From an uncultured Gemmatimonadales bacterium (lineage in GTDB: Bacteria; Gemmatimonadota; Gemmatimonadetes; Longimicrobiales; Longimicrobiaceae): 64,000 nucleotides of DNA. A program made the position numbers and the translations under genes. Positions 41,012 to 49,629 of this stretch are shown piece after piece (position 1 is the first letter of the stretch; every line of letters begins with the position of its first letter). The notes below the pieces were generated by a model. That model searched no databases. It was not told the DNA's origin and was given only the letters and a program-made list of their open reading frames with translations. Location of the stretch: contig OY970303.1 in the NCBI GenBank assembly GCA_963716255.1, positions 1,664,001 to 1,728,000 of the forward strand, written 5' to 3'.

Positions 41012-41782
41012 TCAGTTCCGCACCGGGTGCCCCCGCTCCGCCAGGAAGCGCCGCGCCTCCTCGATGGTGTGCTCCCCGAAGTGGAAGATGGACGCCGCCA
41101 GCACCGCGTGCGCCCCCGCCCCCAGCGCCTGGTCCAGGTGCTCCAGCGTCCCCGCGCCCCCGGAAGCGATCACCGGCACCGGCACCGCCCCCGACACCGC
41201 CCGCAGCAGCTCCAGGTCGTACCCCGCGCGCGTCCCGTCGCCGTCCATGCTGGTGAGCAGCACCTCCCCCGCGCCCAGCTCCACCACCCGCGCCGCCCAC
41301 TCCACCGCGTCGATCCCCGTGGGCGTGCGGCCCCCGTGCGTGAACACCTCCCAGCGCGGCGCCCCGCCCTGCTCCGGCACCCGGCGCGCGTCCACCGCCG
41401 CCACCACGCACTGCGAGCCGAAGTGGTCCGCCGCGCGCGAGATCAGCCCCGGGTCGCCGAGCGCCGCCGTGTTCACGGACACCTTGTCCGCCCCCGCCCC
41501 CAGCAGCGCGTGGAAGTCGTCGACGGAGCGCACCCCGCCGCCCACGGTCAGCGGGATGAACACCGCGTCCGCCGTGCGCCGGATCACGTCCAGCAGCGCC
41601 GGCCGCGCCTCGTGCGACGCCGTGATGTCCAGGAAGCACAGCTCGTCCGCGCGCTCGCGGTCGTAGCGCACCGCCTGCTCCACCGGGTCGCCCGCGTCGC
41701 GCAGCCCCTCGAAGCGGATCCCCTTCACCACGCGGCCGCCCTGCACGTCCAGGCAGGGGATGATGCGCTTGGCTAGGGCCAC
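41012..41782 (-). CDS. hisF: Imidazole glycerol phosphate synthase cyclase subunit
   Basis: [36 protein letters not shown]. Confidence 0.96.
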   Translation of the reverse strand: MALAKRIIPCLDVQGGRVVKGIRFEGLRDAGDPVEQAVRYDRERADELCFLDITASHEARPALLDVIRRTADAVFIPLTVGGGVRSVDDFHALLGAGADKVSVNTAALGDPGLISRAADHFGSQCVVAAVDARRVPEQGGAPRWEVFTHGGRTPTGIDAVEWAARVVELGAGEVLLTSMDGDGTRAGYDLELLRAVSGAVPVPVIASGGAGTLEHLDQALGAGAHAVLAASIFHFGEHTIEEARRFLAERGHPVRN

Positions 41783-42660
41783 GAGAGCCCCCGCAGCCGC
41801 CGCACCATCCCTTCCGTGAGCGCGCCGCCGTACACCCCCTCCACCGGGCCGCGCAGCACCAGCCCCCAGTCCTCGCGCACCGTCACGCGCAGCGTCCCGC
41901 CCGGCATCCTCACCTCCACATCACGCTCCGTCACCAGCCCGCGCCGCACCGCAGCCGCCGCCACCGCGCAGGCGCTGGAGCCCGAGGCCAGCGTTTCCCC
42001 CGCCCCGCGCTCCCACACCCACGCCTCCACCGCGCCCGGCCCCGCCACGCGCGCGAACTGCACGTTGGTCCCGCGCGCGAACGACGCGTGCGTGGAGATC
42101 TGCGGCGCGCGCCGGCGCATGTCCTCCTCGTCCACCACGTCCTCGAACACCACGCAGTGCGGGTTGCCGATGGAAACCGCCGTCACGTCCATGCGGTCGC
42201 CCGCGGCGAGCTCCAGCACCTCCGCGTCCGTGTCGCGGTCCGGGCCCGTCATCCCCACCGCCTCGCTGCGGAACACGGCCGTCCCCATCTCCACCTCCAC
42301 GTCCAGCACGCCCTCGTCCGTGGCGCCGTGGATCCGGAGCGTGACCACCCCGCCCGGCGTTTCCACCGTGAACGGCGTCCCCACGTGCACCGCGCCGTTC
42401 TCCAGCAGGTACGCCGCGAAGATGCGCAGCCCGTTGCCGCTCTTCTCCGCCTCCGAGCCGTCCGGGTTGAAGATGCGCACTCCGAACTCCGCCGCGTCCG
42501 CCGGCACGAACGCCAGGACGCCGTCCGAGCCCACGCCCGTGTGCCGGTCGCACAGCAGGCGGACCGCGGGCGGCGTCAGCGAGAAGGGGAGGCCGGCCAG
42601 CCGCAGGGCGATGTAGTCGTTCCCCAGGCCGTGGCCCTTGTAGAAGCTCACGCGTTCCAT
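41773..42660 (-). CDS. dapF: Diaminopimelate epimerase-family protein with Ser at both catalytic Cys positions
   Basis: [48 protein letters not shown]. Confidence 0.8.
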   Translation of the reverse strand: MERVSFYKGHGLGNDYIALRLAGLPFSLTPPAVRLLCDRHTGVGSDGVLAFVPADAAEFGVRIFNPDGSEAEKSGNGLRIFAAYLLENGAVHVGTPFTVETPGGVVTLRIHGATDEGVLDVEVEMGTAVFRSEAVGMTGPDRDTDAEVLELAAGDRMDVTAVSIGNPHCVVFEDVVDEEDMRRRAPQISTHASFARGTNVQFARVAGPGAVEAWVWERGAGETLASGSSACAVAAAAVRRGLVTERDVEVRMPGGTLRVTVREDWGLVLRGPVEGVYGGALTEGMVRRLRGLSWP

Positions 42661-42725
42661 TGTGTTCCTTCCCGCTTTCCGGTTGAACTGCAACGGCGTT
42701 GAACGGCTCCTGAACGGCAGGGTTC

Positions 42726-42908
42726 GGGCGTGCCCCCGGCTGTCGCCGGGGTCGGGCTTCGGCTCCGTAAGCCCGCAAACAACGCGGGCTAACGGAGTCG
42801 AGCCCGCGCAAACAGCCGCGCGGTCTCGCCCCTCCGGGCCGAAATCCCTCACGCGTGCCTCGCGCTGGCGTCCGCCGGGGGCCCCCACCCGGCTCGCTTA
42901 GGCTCGCA
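42726..42908 (+). repeat. Element A copy 7 (42726-42854) + partial element B
   Basis: Inner stem AGCCCGC-AAACAAC-GCGGGCT. Confidence 0.9.
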
Positions 42909-42923
42909 CGGCTTGCCCCCTAT

Positions 42924-44309
42924 CAGGTCGCTGAAAAACGGCAGCCTGGAGTGTGACGTGGAAAACTTCCACTCCAGAATCAGCGAAACGGGGCTTTTCC
43001 GGCGTATGGGGTGCCCGGTTTCCCGCCCGTGCAGCCATTTTCGGCGTGCACGGACGCACTGTGCCTCAGGCGAGGGCCTGCAAACCCGGCGCGAGGCGTG
43101 CCAGGCGCAGGAGGTTGTACGCGGCGCCCACGATCAGCGCCTTCTGCGTCAGCTTCCAGCGATCCACGTGGCGGCTCCGACGCATCCCGCCGATCTCCTT
43201 TGCCCAGCCGAAGATCTCCTCGATCCGCTTACGCTTGCGTTGCGAGAGGGCGTACTCCGGCGTACCCATCCGCTCTCGGGCTCGGCTGCGCGCTTCGGCT
43301 CCCTTGGCGTCCGGGTCGATCGGCCCCTCCGGGATCGGCACGTGCGCGCTCACACCGTCCTGATAGGCTGCCTGGAGGAACGGGCCACTGGGATAGCCCC
43401 CATCCAGCCCCACCGTGCGCTCCACCGGCAAGTCGTGCCGAATCCGGCTGCGCTCCAGCAGCAGGAGTGCCTGGTCGCGCTCGCCCGTCCCGTCGGCCTC
43501 CACCACGCTGACGTCGATGAGCAGCCCGTGCCGGTTCTCCATCAGCGCGTTCAGCAGATGGCACAGCCGCGCCGGCACTCCCTTGCTCTTGGTCGCCAGG
43601 CGCGCCTCGGGGTCCGTGAGCGAGCGGTGCGTCGCGTTGGTCCGCTTCTCTTTGCGGAAGTTCACCGAGGGATTGCTCGTGTCGCCGTCCTTCGAGCCGT
43701 CGCTGACCTTCTCGTCCGGGCTGCCGATCTTGCGCAGGCTCTTCATCGAGGCATAGCTCTCGATCAGGCTGCCATCGATCGAGAAGTGCTCCTGGCTCGC
43801 CAGTTCCTCCAGGTACGCCCCCTCGATGATCCGCTCGAAGAAGGTGCGCACCAGCCCGTGCTTCTCGAACCGATCCCGGTTCTGCGTGAACGTGGTCGCA
43901 TCCCACACCCCCGCATGCGGCTCCAGGTCCAGGAACCACCGGTAAGCCAAGTTCACTCCGATCTGCTCCACCAGCATCCGCTCCGAACGGATCGAGTGCA
44001 GCGCCTGAAGCAGCAGCGCCTTCAGCAGCATCTCCGGCGGGATACTCGCCCGTCCCAGAGCCGCGTAGGCGCGGTCGAACTCCGGACTCATCCCGGCCAG
44101 CACCGCATCGGCTCGCGCCTTGACCGCCCGCAGCGGATGCGTAGGCGAGAGCAGGCTCTCCGGATCGTAGAACATCCACATCGCGTGCTGCTGGCTGACT
44201 CGTCCGCGCATCGTGGCTGCTCCCCGAGAGTGTGAGGACAGGTTTTCCCCAATCTACGACGCCACACCCTCGCGCGCACGCGCGTGCGCACAAGCTTTTC
44301 AGCAACCTG
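42924..44309 (-). mobile_element. IS5-family insertion sequence (1386 bp)
   Basis: 14-bp TIRs CAGGTCGCTGAAAA / TTTTCAGCAACCTG (1 mismatch); 4-bp direct repeat CTAT at 42920-42923 and 44310-44313. Confidence 0.92.
43066..44211 (-). CDS. IS5-family DDE transposase
   Basis: HPLR, SIPPE, IRSER, SIDGSLIES-ASMKS, TDPEARL, RKRIEEIFGWAK. Confidence 0.93.
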   Translation of the reverse strand: MRGRVSQQHAMWMFYDPESLLSPTHPLRAVKARADAVLAGMSPEFDRAYAALGRASIPPEMLLKALLLQALHSIRSERMLVEQIGVNLAYRWFLDLEPHAGVWDATTFTQNRDRFEKHGLVRTFFERIIEGAYLEELASQEHFSIDGSLIESYASMKSLRKIGSPDEKVSDGSKDGDTSNPSVNFRKEKRTNATHRSLTDPEARLATKSKGVPARLCHLLNALMENRHGLLIDVSVVEADGTGERDQALLLLERSRIRHDLPVERTVGLDGGYPSGPFLQAAYQDGVSAHVPIPEGPIDPDAKGAEARSRARERMGTPEYALSQRKRKRIEEIFGWAKEIGGMRRSRHVDRWKLTQKALIVGAAYNLLRLARLAPGLQALA

Positions 44310-44314
44310 CTATA

Positions 44315-44437
44315 TCCCCCAATTCTGGGGGAGGGCTTCCCGCACCTCTGCTCTGCCGTGCTCCCCTCCCCCTTGCGGGGAGGGGCCGGGGGAGGGGGGC
44401 GCCGTGGCGCTTCACGCTGCGCGTGAACCGAATGAAG
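44315..44437. repeat. Element B hairpins + element C (44405-44437)
   Basis: CCCCCAATTCTGGGGGAGGG, CTCCCCTCCCCCTTGCGGGGAGGGGCCGGGGGAGGGG, TGGCGCTTCACGCTGCGCGTGAACCGAATGAAG. Confidence 0.85.
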
Positions 44438-44466
44438 CCGGCGGTCCCCTGTAACCTGCCGTTCCC

Positions 44467-45093
44467 CTACAGCCGCGCGAAGTTGCTCAGCAGCCGCAGC
44501 CCGTCCTCCTGGCTCTTTTCCGGGTGGAACTGGATCCCCCACACGTTGTCGCGCCCCACGATGGAGGCGAAGCGCACACCGTAGTCGCACCACCCCAGCA
44601 CGTCCGCCTCGTCCGGGGCCTGCACGGCGTACGAGTGCGCGTGGTAGAAGAAGCGCGGCAGCGGCCCGGCCACGCCCTCCAGCACCGGGTCGCCGGCGGC
44701 GCGCTCCGTGAACTCCACCGAGTTCCACCCCATGTGCGGCAGGTGCAGGTCCGTGCGCAGGCGGTCCACGCCGCCGCGCAGCAGACCCAGGCCGCGCACC
44801 CCCGGCGCCTCCTCGCTCGCCTCGAAGAGCAATTCCATCCCCACGCAGATCCCGAAGAACGCGCGCCCCGAGGCCACGTGCTCCCGCACCGCGTCCGCCA
44901 GGCCCCCGGCTTCCAGGCGGGTCATGCACTGACCGAAGTGGCCCTGCCCGGGGAGCACCAGCCTGTGCGCCCGCCGCGCCTCGGCAGGGTCCGAGGTGAG
45001 CCGCACCTCCGCGCCGCCGTGCTCGAACGCCTTCACCACCGAGCGCAGGTTCCCCGCCCCGTAGTCCAGCACCGTCACCCGGCCCGTGGTCAC
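44467..45093 (-). CDS. hisH: IGP synthase glutamine amidotransferase subunit
   Basis: [32 protein letters not shown] overlaps the hisB stop. Confidence 0.95.
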   Translation of the reverse strand: MTTGRVTVLDYGAGNLRSVVKAFEHGGAEVRLTSDPAEARRAHRLVLPGQGHFGQCMTRLEAGGLADAVREHVASGRAFFGICVGMELLFEASEEAPGVRGLGLLRGGVDRLRTDLHLPHMGWNSVEFTERAAGDPVLEGVAGPLPRFFYHAHSYAVQAPDEADVLGWCDYGVRFASIVGRDNVWGIQFHPEKSQEDGLRLLSNFARL

Positions 45094-45686
45094 AGCGCGC
45101 CCTTGGTGGAGGGGACCACGTCCGCGCGCCGCGCGTCGATGCGGGTGGCCGCGTCCAGGGCGCGCGCCGCCGCCTTGAAGGTGGCCTCCACCACGTGGTG
45201 CGCGTTGTCGCCGCGGATCCCGTCCAGGTGCAGCGTGATCCGCGCCTCCGTGGCGAAGGCCCGCCAGAACTCCGCCGAGAGCGCCGCGTCGAAGTCGCCG
45301 ATGCGCCCCTGGTCGGGCGGCAGCGGCACGTCGAAGTGCAGGAACGGACGGCCCGACACGTCCACCACGGCGCGCACCAGCGCCTCGTCCAGCGGCACCG
45401 TGGCGTCCGCGTAGCGCGCGATCCCCCGCTTGTCGCCCAGCGCGTCCAGGAACGCTCCGCCCAGCGCGATCCCCACGTCCTCCACCGTGTGGTGCCCGTC
45501 GACGTGCAGGTCGCCCTGGCAACTGACGCGCAGGTCGAACATCCCGTGACGCGCCAGCGCGTCCAGCATGTGGTCGAAGAAGCCGATCCCCGTGGCCGCC
45601 TCCGCCTCCCCCGTGCCGTCCAGCTCCACCCGCACCGAGATCTCCGTCTCGCGCGTCCTCCGCTCCCGCTCTCCCGTGCGTGGCAT
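45090..45686 (-). CDS. hisB: Imidazoleglycerol-phosphate dehydratase
   Basis: [39 protein letters not shown]. Confidence 0.96.
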   Translation of the reverse strand: MPRTGERERRTRETEISVRVELDGTGEAEAATGIGFFDHMLDALARHGMFDLRVSCQGDLHVDGHHTVEDVGIALGGAFLDALGDKRGIARYADATVPLDEALVRAVVDVSGRPFLHFDVPLPPDQGRIGDFDAALSAEFWRAFATEARITLHLDGIRGDNAHHVVEATFKAAARALDAATRIDARRADVVPSTKGAL

Positions 45687-45691
45687 CCCTC

Positions 45692-46801
45692 TCACCCCTC
45701 CGTGACGATGGCGCGGACCGCATCCAGGAACTCCCCCGTCTCCTCCGGCGTCCCCGCGTTGACCCGCAGGCACCCCGCGAGCATGGGGTACCCGGACACG
45801 TCGCGCACCAGGATCCCGTGCTCGTCCAGCAGCCGCTCGAAGAGGCGCGTGTGCGTGAGCCCCGGCCTCTCCACCCGGAACAGGACGAAGTTGGCCGCGC
45901 TGGGGAACACGCGCAGCCCGGGGGTCGCGCGCAGCCCCTGGTACAGGCGGTCGCGCTCGGCGCGCATGGCCGCCACCAGCGGCGCCAGCAGGACGCGCCC
46001 GCGAAGCACCTCCGCCGCGGCCACCTCGGTGAAGAAGTTGATGTTGTAGGGGAGCTTCGCCTTGTGCACCTCCGCCGCCAGCGCGGGGTCGCCCAGCAGG
46101 TAGCCCGCGCGCAGCCCGGCCAGCGCCATCGCCTTGCTGAAGGTGCGCAGCACCACGGCGCGCGGGCGCCCCTCCAGGAAGGGAACGGCGTCGTAGCCGC
46201 CGAACTCCACGTACGCCTGGTCCAGCAGCACCAGCGCGTCCGTCTCGTCGTGGATGCGCGCGATCTCGTCCCGCGCGAGCGCCGTGCCGGTGGGGTTGTT
46301 GGGCGTGCACAGCACCACGACCGCCGCGTCCGAAGCCCGCGCCGCCCGCACGATCGCGTCCACGTCGAAGCGCAATTCCTCCGTCAGCGGCACCGACACG
46401 ACGGTGCCGCCGTTCACCTCCACCATCAGCCGGTAGAGCGTGAAGGTGGGCTCCGGGATCACCACCGCCTTCCCCGGCTCCACCGTCACCGCCAGGAACG
46501 CCTGGATCAGCTCGTTGGAGCCGTTGGCCACCAGGATTCCCTCCTCCGGCCACCCCGTCGCCTCCGCCACCGCGCCGATGAAGCTGCTGGCCACGAAGGG
46601 CGGGTAGCGGTTCCAGGGGCGGTCCGCCAGGCGCTCCGCGATGCGCGCCTTGAGCGGTTCCGGCACGTCGTAGGGGCTCTCGTTCTGGTTGAGCTTCACC
46701 CGCGGCTCGGAGGGGCGCAGCGTGTACGCCGCCATGGCCCGCACCTGCGGCTTCACGTGCCGCAGAGCTTTTTCGACCGACTCGTCGTTCTGCTTCCGCA
46801 T
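45692..46801 (-). CDS. hisC: Histidinol-phosphate aminotransferase
   Basis: [32 protein letters not shown]; start uncertain. Confidence 0.93.
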   Translation of the reverse strand: MRKQNDESVEKALRHVKPQVRAMAAYTLRPSEPRVKLNQNESPYDVPEPLKARIAERLADRPWNRYPPFVASSFIGAVAEATGWPEEGILVANGSNELIQAFLAVTVEPGKAVVIPEPTFTLYRLMVEVNGGTVVSVPLTEELRFDVDAIVRAARASDAAVVVLCTPNNPTGTALARDEIARIHDETDALVLLDQAYVEFGGYDAVPFLEGRPRAVVLRTFSKAMALAGLRAGYLLGDPALAAEVHKAKLPYNINFFTEVAAAEVLRGRVLLAPLVAAMRAERDRLYQGLRATPGLRVFPSAANFVLFRVERPGLTHTRLFERLLDEHGILVRDVSGYPMLAGCLRVNAGTPEETGEFLDAVRAIVTEG

Positions 46802-46821
46802 CTGGATGGAACCGCTGGTTT

Positions 46822-47036
46822 GGGCGTGCCCCCGCTGGCGCGGGGTCGGGCTGCGGCTCCGCAGCACATGATACCACCATGTGCAACGGAGGCGAGCCCC
46901 CGCGGAAACAGCCCCGCGGGGTCTCGCCGCTTCGCGCTCGCATCCCTCACGCAGGCATCGCGCTGGCGTCCGCTGGAGCCCCCCTCTCCCAGGATTGGGA
47001 GAGGGTGGCGAGCCTCAAGCGAGCCGGGTGAGGGCC
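46822..47036 (+). repeat. Element A copy 8 (46822-46952) + element B
   Basis: Inner stem GCACATG-ATACCAC-CATGTGC. Confidence 0.9.
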
Positions 47037-47046
47037 GTCGCCGTTC

Positions 47047-48342
47047 TCAGTGCGAGTGCTCCACGTGGATGATCTGGTCGCGGCGCGTTCCCACCGACAC
47101 GTACCAGATGGGCACCTCCGTCAGCTCCTCCAGGCGCCGCAGGTACGCCCGCGCCGCCTCCGGCAGGTCCTCCCAGCGGCGCGCGTCCTGGGTGGAGGCC
47201 ATCCAGCCCGGGAGCGTCTCGTACACCGGCTCCGCCGCCTCCAGCAGCCCCAGGTCGCCGGGAAAGTCGTCCAGCTCCTGCCCCAGCGCGCGGTAGCCCA
47301 CGGCGATCTTCAGCTCCTCCAGCGTGTCCAGCACGTCCAGCTTGGTGACGGCCAGCCCCGTGAGGCCGTTGACCCGCGCCGCGTAGCGCACCACCACCGC
47401 GTCGAACCAGCCGCAGCGGCGCGGGCGCCCCGTGGTGGCGCCGTACTCCCCGCCCAGGTCGCGCACCCGCTCCTGCATGGGCGAGGGAAACTCCGTGGGG
47501 AGCGGGCCCGAGCCCACGCGCGTGGTGTACGCCTTCACCACCCCCACCACCGCGTCGATCGCCGTGGGGCCGATCCCCACCCCCAGCCCCGCCCCCCCCG
47601 CCGTGGTGTTGGACGACGTCACGTACGGGTAGGTGCCGTGGTCCACGTCCAGGAGCGCGCCCTGCGCGCCCTCCAGGAGCACGTGCTTCCCCGCGCGGAG
47701 CGCGTCGTGGATCACGCGCCCCGTCTCCACGGACAGCTTCATCAGCCGCTCGCGGATCCCCGACACCTCCGCGATCACCTGCTCCGCGTCCGCGCGCTCC
47801 TCCACGCCCATGCACCCCAGGCGCTCGTTGGCGCGCGCCACCGCGCGGCGCAGCAGGTCCGCTGCGCGGGCCTCGTCGCGCAGGTCGGCCACGCGGATCC
47901 CCTGGCGCGCCACCTTGTCCTCGTACGCCGGCCCGATCCCGCGGCCCGTCGTGCCGATCTTCCCGGCGCCGCGCTGCGCCTCGGCCGCGCGGTCCAGCAG
48001 CTTGTGGTACGAGAGCAGGAGGTGGGCGCGCCCGCTCACGCCCACCCGGCGCTCCGCGTCGATCCCCCGCTCCGTGAGCGCGTCCAGCTCCTCGAAGAAC
48101 TGGAAGGGGTCGAAGACCACCCCGTTCCCCAGCAGGCAGGTCTGCTCGGGGTGCAGGATCCCCGAGGGGATCTGGTGGAGGATGAACTCCTCCTCGCCCA
48201 CGTGCACGGTGTGCCCGGCGTTGGCGCCGCCCTGGTACCGCGCGACGATGTCGACGTCCTCCGCGAGCACGTCGACGATCTTGCCCTTTCCCTCGTCTCC
48301 CCACTGGGAGCCGACGATCACTACGCAGCGATGCTCGTTCAT
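47047..48342 (-). CDS. purA: Adenylosuccinate synthetase
   Basis: QWGDEGKGK, GGANAGHT, GTTGRGIGP, EGAQG, YPYVTSS, TTGRPRRCGW. Confidence 0.98.
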   Translation of the reverse strand: MNEHRCVVIVGSQWGDEGKGKIVDVLAEDVDIVARYQGGANAGHTVHVGEEEFILHQIPSGILHPEQTCLLGNGVVFDPFQFFEELDALTERGIDAERRVGVSGRAHLLLSYHKLLDRAAEAQRGAGKIGTTGRGIGPAYEDKVARQGIRVADLRDEARAADLLRRAVARANERLGCMGVEERADAEQVIAEVSGIRERLMKLSVETGRVIHDALRAGKHVLLEGAQGALLDVDHGTYPYVTSSNTTAGGAGLGVGIGPTAIDAVVGVVKAYTTRVGSGPLPTEFPSPMQERVRDLGGEYGATTGRPRRCGWFDAVVVRYAARVNGLTGLAVTKLDVLDTLEELKIAVGYRALGQELDDFPGDLGLLEAAEPVYETLPGWMASTQDARRWEDLPEAARAYLRRLEELTEVPIWYVSVGTRRDQIIHVEHSH

Positions 48343-48393
48343 CTGACCCGTCCCGTGTGCAGGCTCCGGCGTTTGGCCCGGCGCCCCACAAGC

Positions 48394-48477
48394 AAAAAGC
48401 GGCCCCGCTCGGATTGGCGGGACCGCGGCTCACGTATCCTTCGGGCGAATGTAGATCGTTTCGGGGGCGGCTGTCAA
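48394..48477 (-). promoter_or_regulatory. sigma70-like promoter followed by a terminator-like hairpin in the purA leader
   Basis: Minus strand TTGACA (48477-48472), 18 nt, TACATT (48453-48448), then GCGGTCCCGC/GCGGGGCCGC stem + TTTTT. Confidence 0.55.
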
Positions 48478-48503
48478 CGGCAACGGCCTTGAAGTGCGGG
48501 GGC

Positions 48504-48992
48504 GGGCGTGCCCCCGGCTGGCGCCGGGGTCGGGCTGCGGCTCCGTAGGGCTGCAAACAACGCAGCCCTACGGAGTCGAGCCCCGACGATACTGCTGTCG
48601 GGTCTCGCCCCTTCGGGCCGGAATCCCTCACGCAGGGCTCGCGCTGGCGTCCGAGGGAGCCCCCCACCCCGGCGCTGCGCGCCACCCCTCCCCCGCAAGC
48701 GGGGGAGGGGAAAACTGCACCAGCCCTGTCGTGCTCCCCTCCCCCTTGCGGGGAGGGGCCGGGGGAGGGGGTCGCCGTCGTCGTGCTCCCCCTTTCCCCC
48801 GCTTGCGGGGGAGAGGGGGCCGGGGGGTGAGGGGGCCCACCCTCGCGGACGACAGCGCGGTGCCCGCGTGAGGGATGCGAGCGCGAAGCGGCGAGACCCG
48901 GGGGCAGTTTCCCGGGGCTCGCCTCCGTTGCAGACGGTTGTTTCATCTGCTACGGAGCCGCAGCCCGACCCCGCGTCAGCGGGGGCACGCCC
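48504..48992. repeat. Mosaic: element A copy 9 (48504-48633, +), three element B hairpins, element A copy 10 (48866-48992, reverse)
   Basis: Inner stems GGGCTGC-AAACAAC-GCAGCCC and GCAGATG-AAACAAC-CGTCTGC; A copies in inverted orientation. Confidence 0.9.
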
Positions 48993-49021
48993 GAACCACC
49001 CGTACCAAGCCGTCTCAGAGA

Positions 49022-49522
49022 TTACGTGTCCGCCGTGGGACCGTAGATCGACGGCAGCGGCACGTCGTTGAGGCGCAGGTACACGCTGAGCTGGCCGCGG
49101 TGGTGGATCATGTGGTTCATCAGCATGGTGCGCAGCACCGCCGCGCGCGGCATGGAGAAGATGGTGCTGCCGCCGTTCCTGAGCGTCCACGTCTCCATCA
49201 GCGCCTCGTCCGAGGCGCCGGCGATGGCCTCGCGCGCCTTCGCCACGTTGGCGTCGAAGGTTTCCAGCAGGGCGGCCGTGGTGCTGAACTGCGGCGGCGT
49301 GAAGCCGGGGCCGCCCGGCGGGTTCATGTCGATCTCCGTGAGCGCCACGATCCTGGCCCCCAGGCTCGCCAGGTTGGCGATGTGGGTCGCCAGCGCGCCC
49401 AGCGCGGTGGACCTGGCGTGCGGCTTGAAGCCGCCCCGGTCCTCGGGGACGCGCTCCAGCAGCGAGCGCGTGGTGGCCATCTCGTGGTCGAACTCGGGGA
49501 GGAGCGCCTTTGCGATGGGCAT
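49022..49522 (-). CDS. DinB/YfiT-family protein
   Basis: EFDHEMATTR, LATHIA, NHMIHHRGQLSVYLR, PSIYGPTAD. Confidence 0.88.
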   Translation of the reverse strand: MPIAKALLPEFDHEMATTRSLLERVPEDRGGFKPHARSTALGALATHIANLASLGARIVALTEIDMNPPGGPGFTPPQFSTTAALLETFDANVAKAREAIAGASDEALMETWTLRNGGSTIFSMPRAAVLRTMLMNHMIHHRGQLSVYLRLNDVPLPSIYGPTADT

Positions 49523-49629
49523 GGTCGGCAGCGTCCGGTCGTCTGGGTTGTCGCCCGCGCGGACGGTCCGGCGGGCATGCGGAGCAAGGTAATGCGTGCG
49601 GGGGCGCGCGGACACCGCCGCGCCGGCGG

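Noticed and set aside
42913..44235. 440-aa ORF on the plus strand of the IS
   Set aside because: Antisense to the transposase, with no recognisable motifs.
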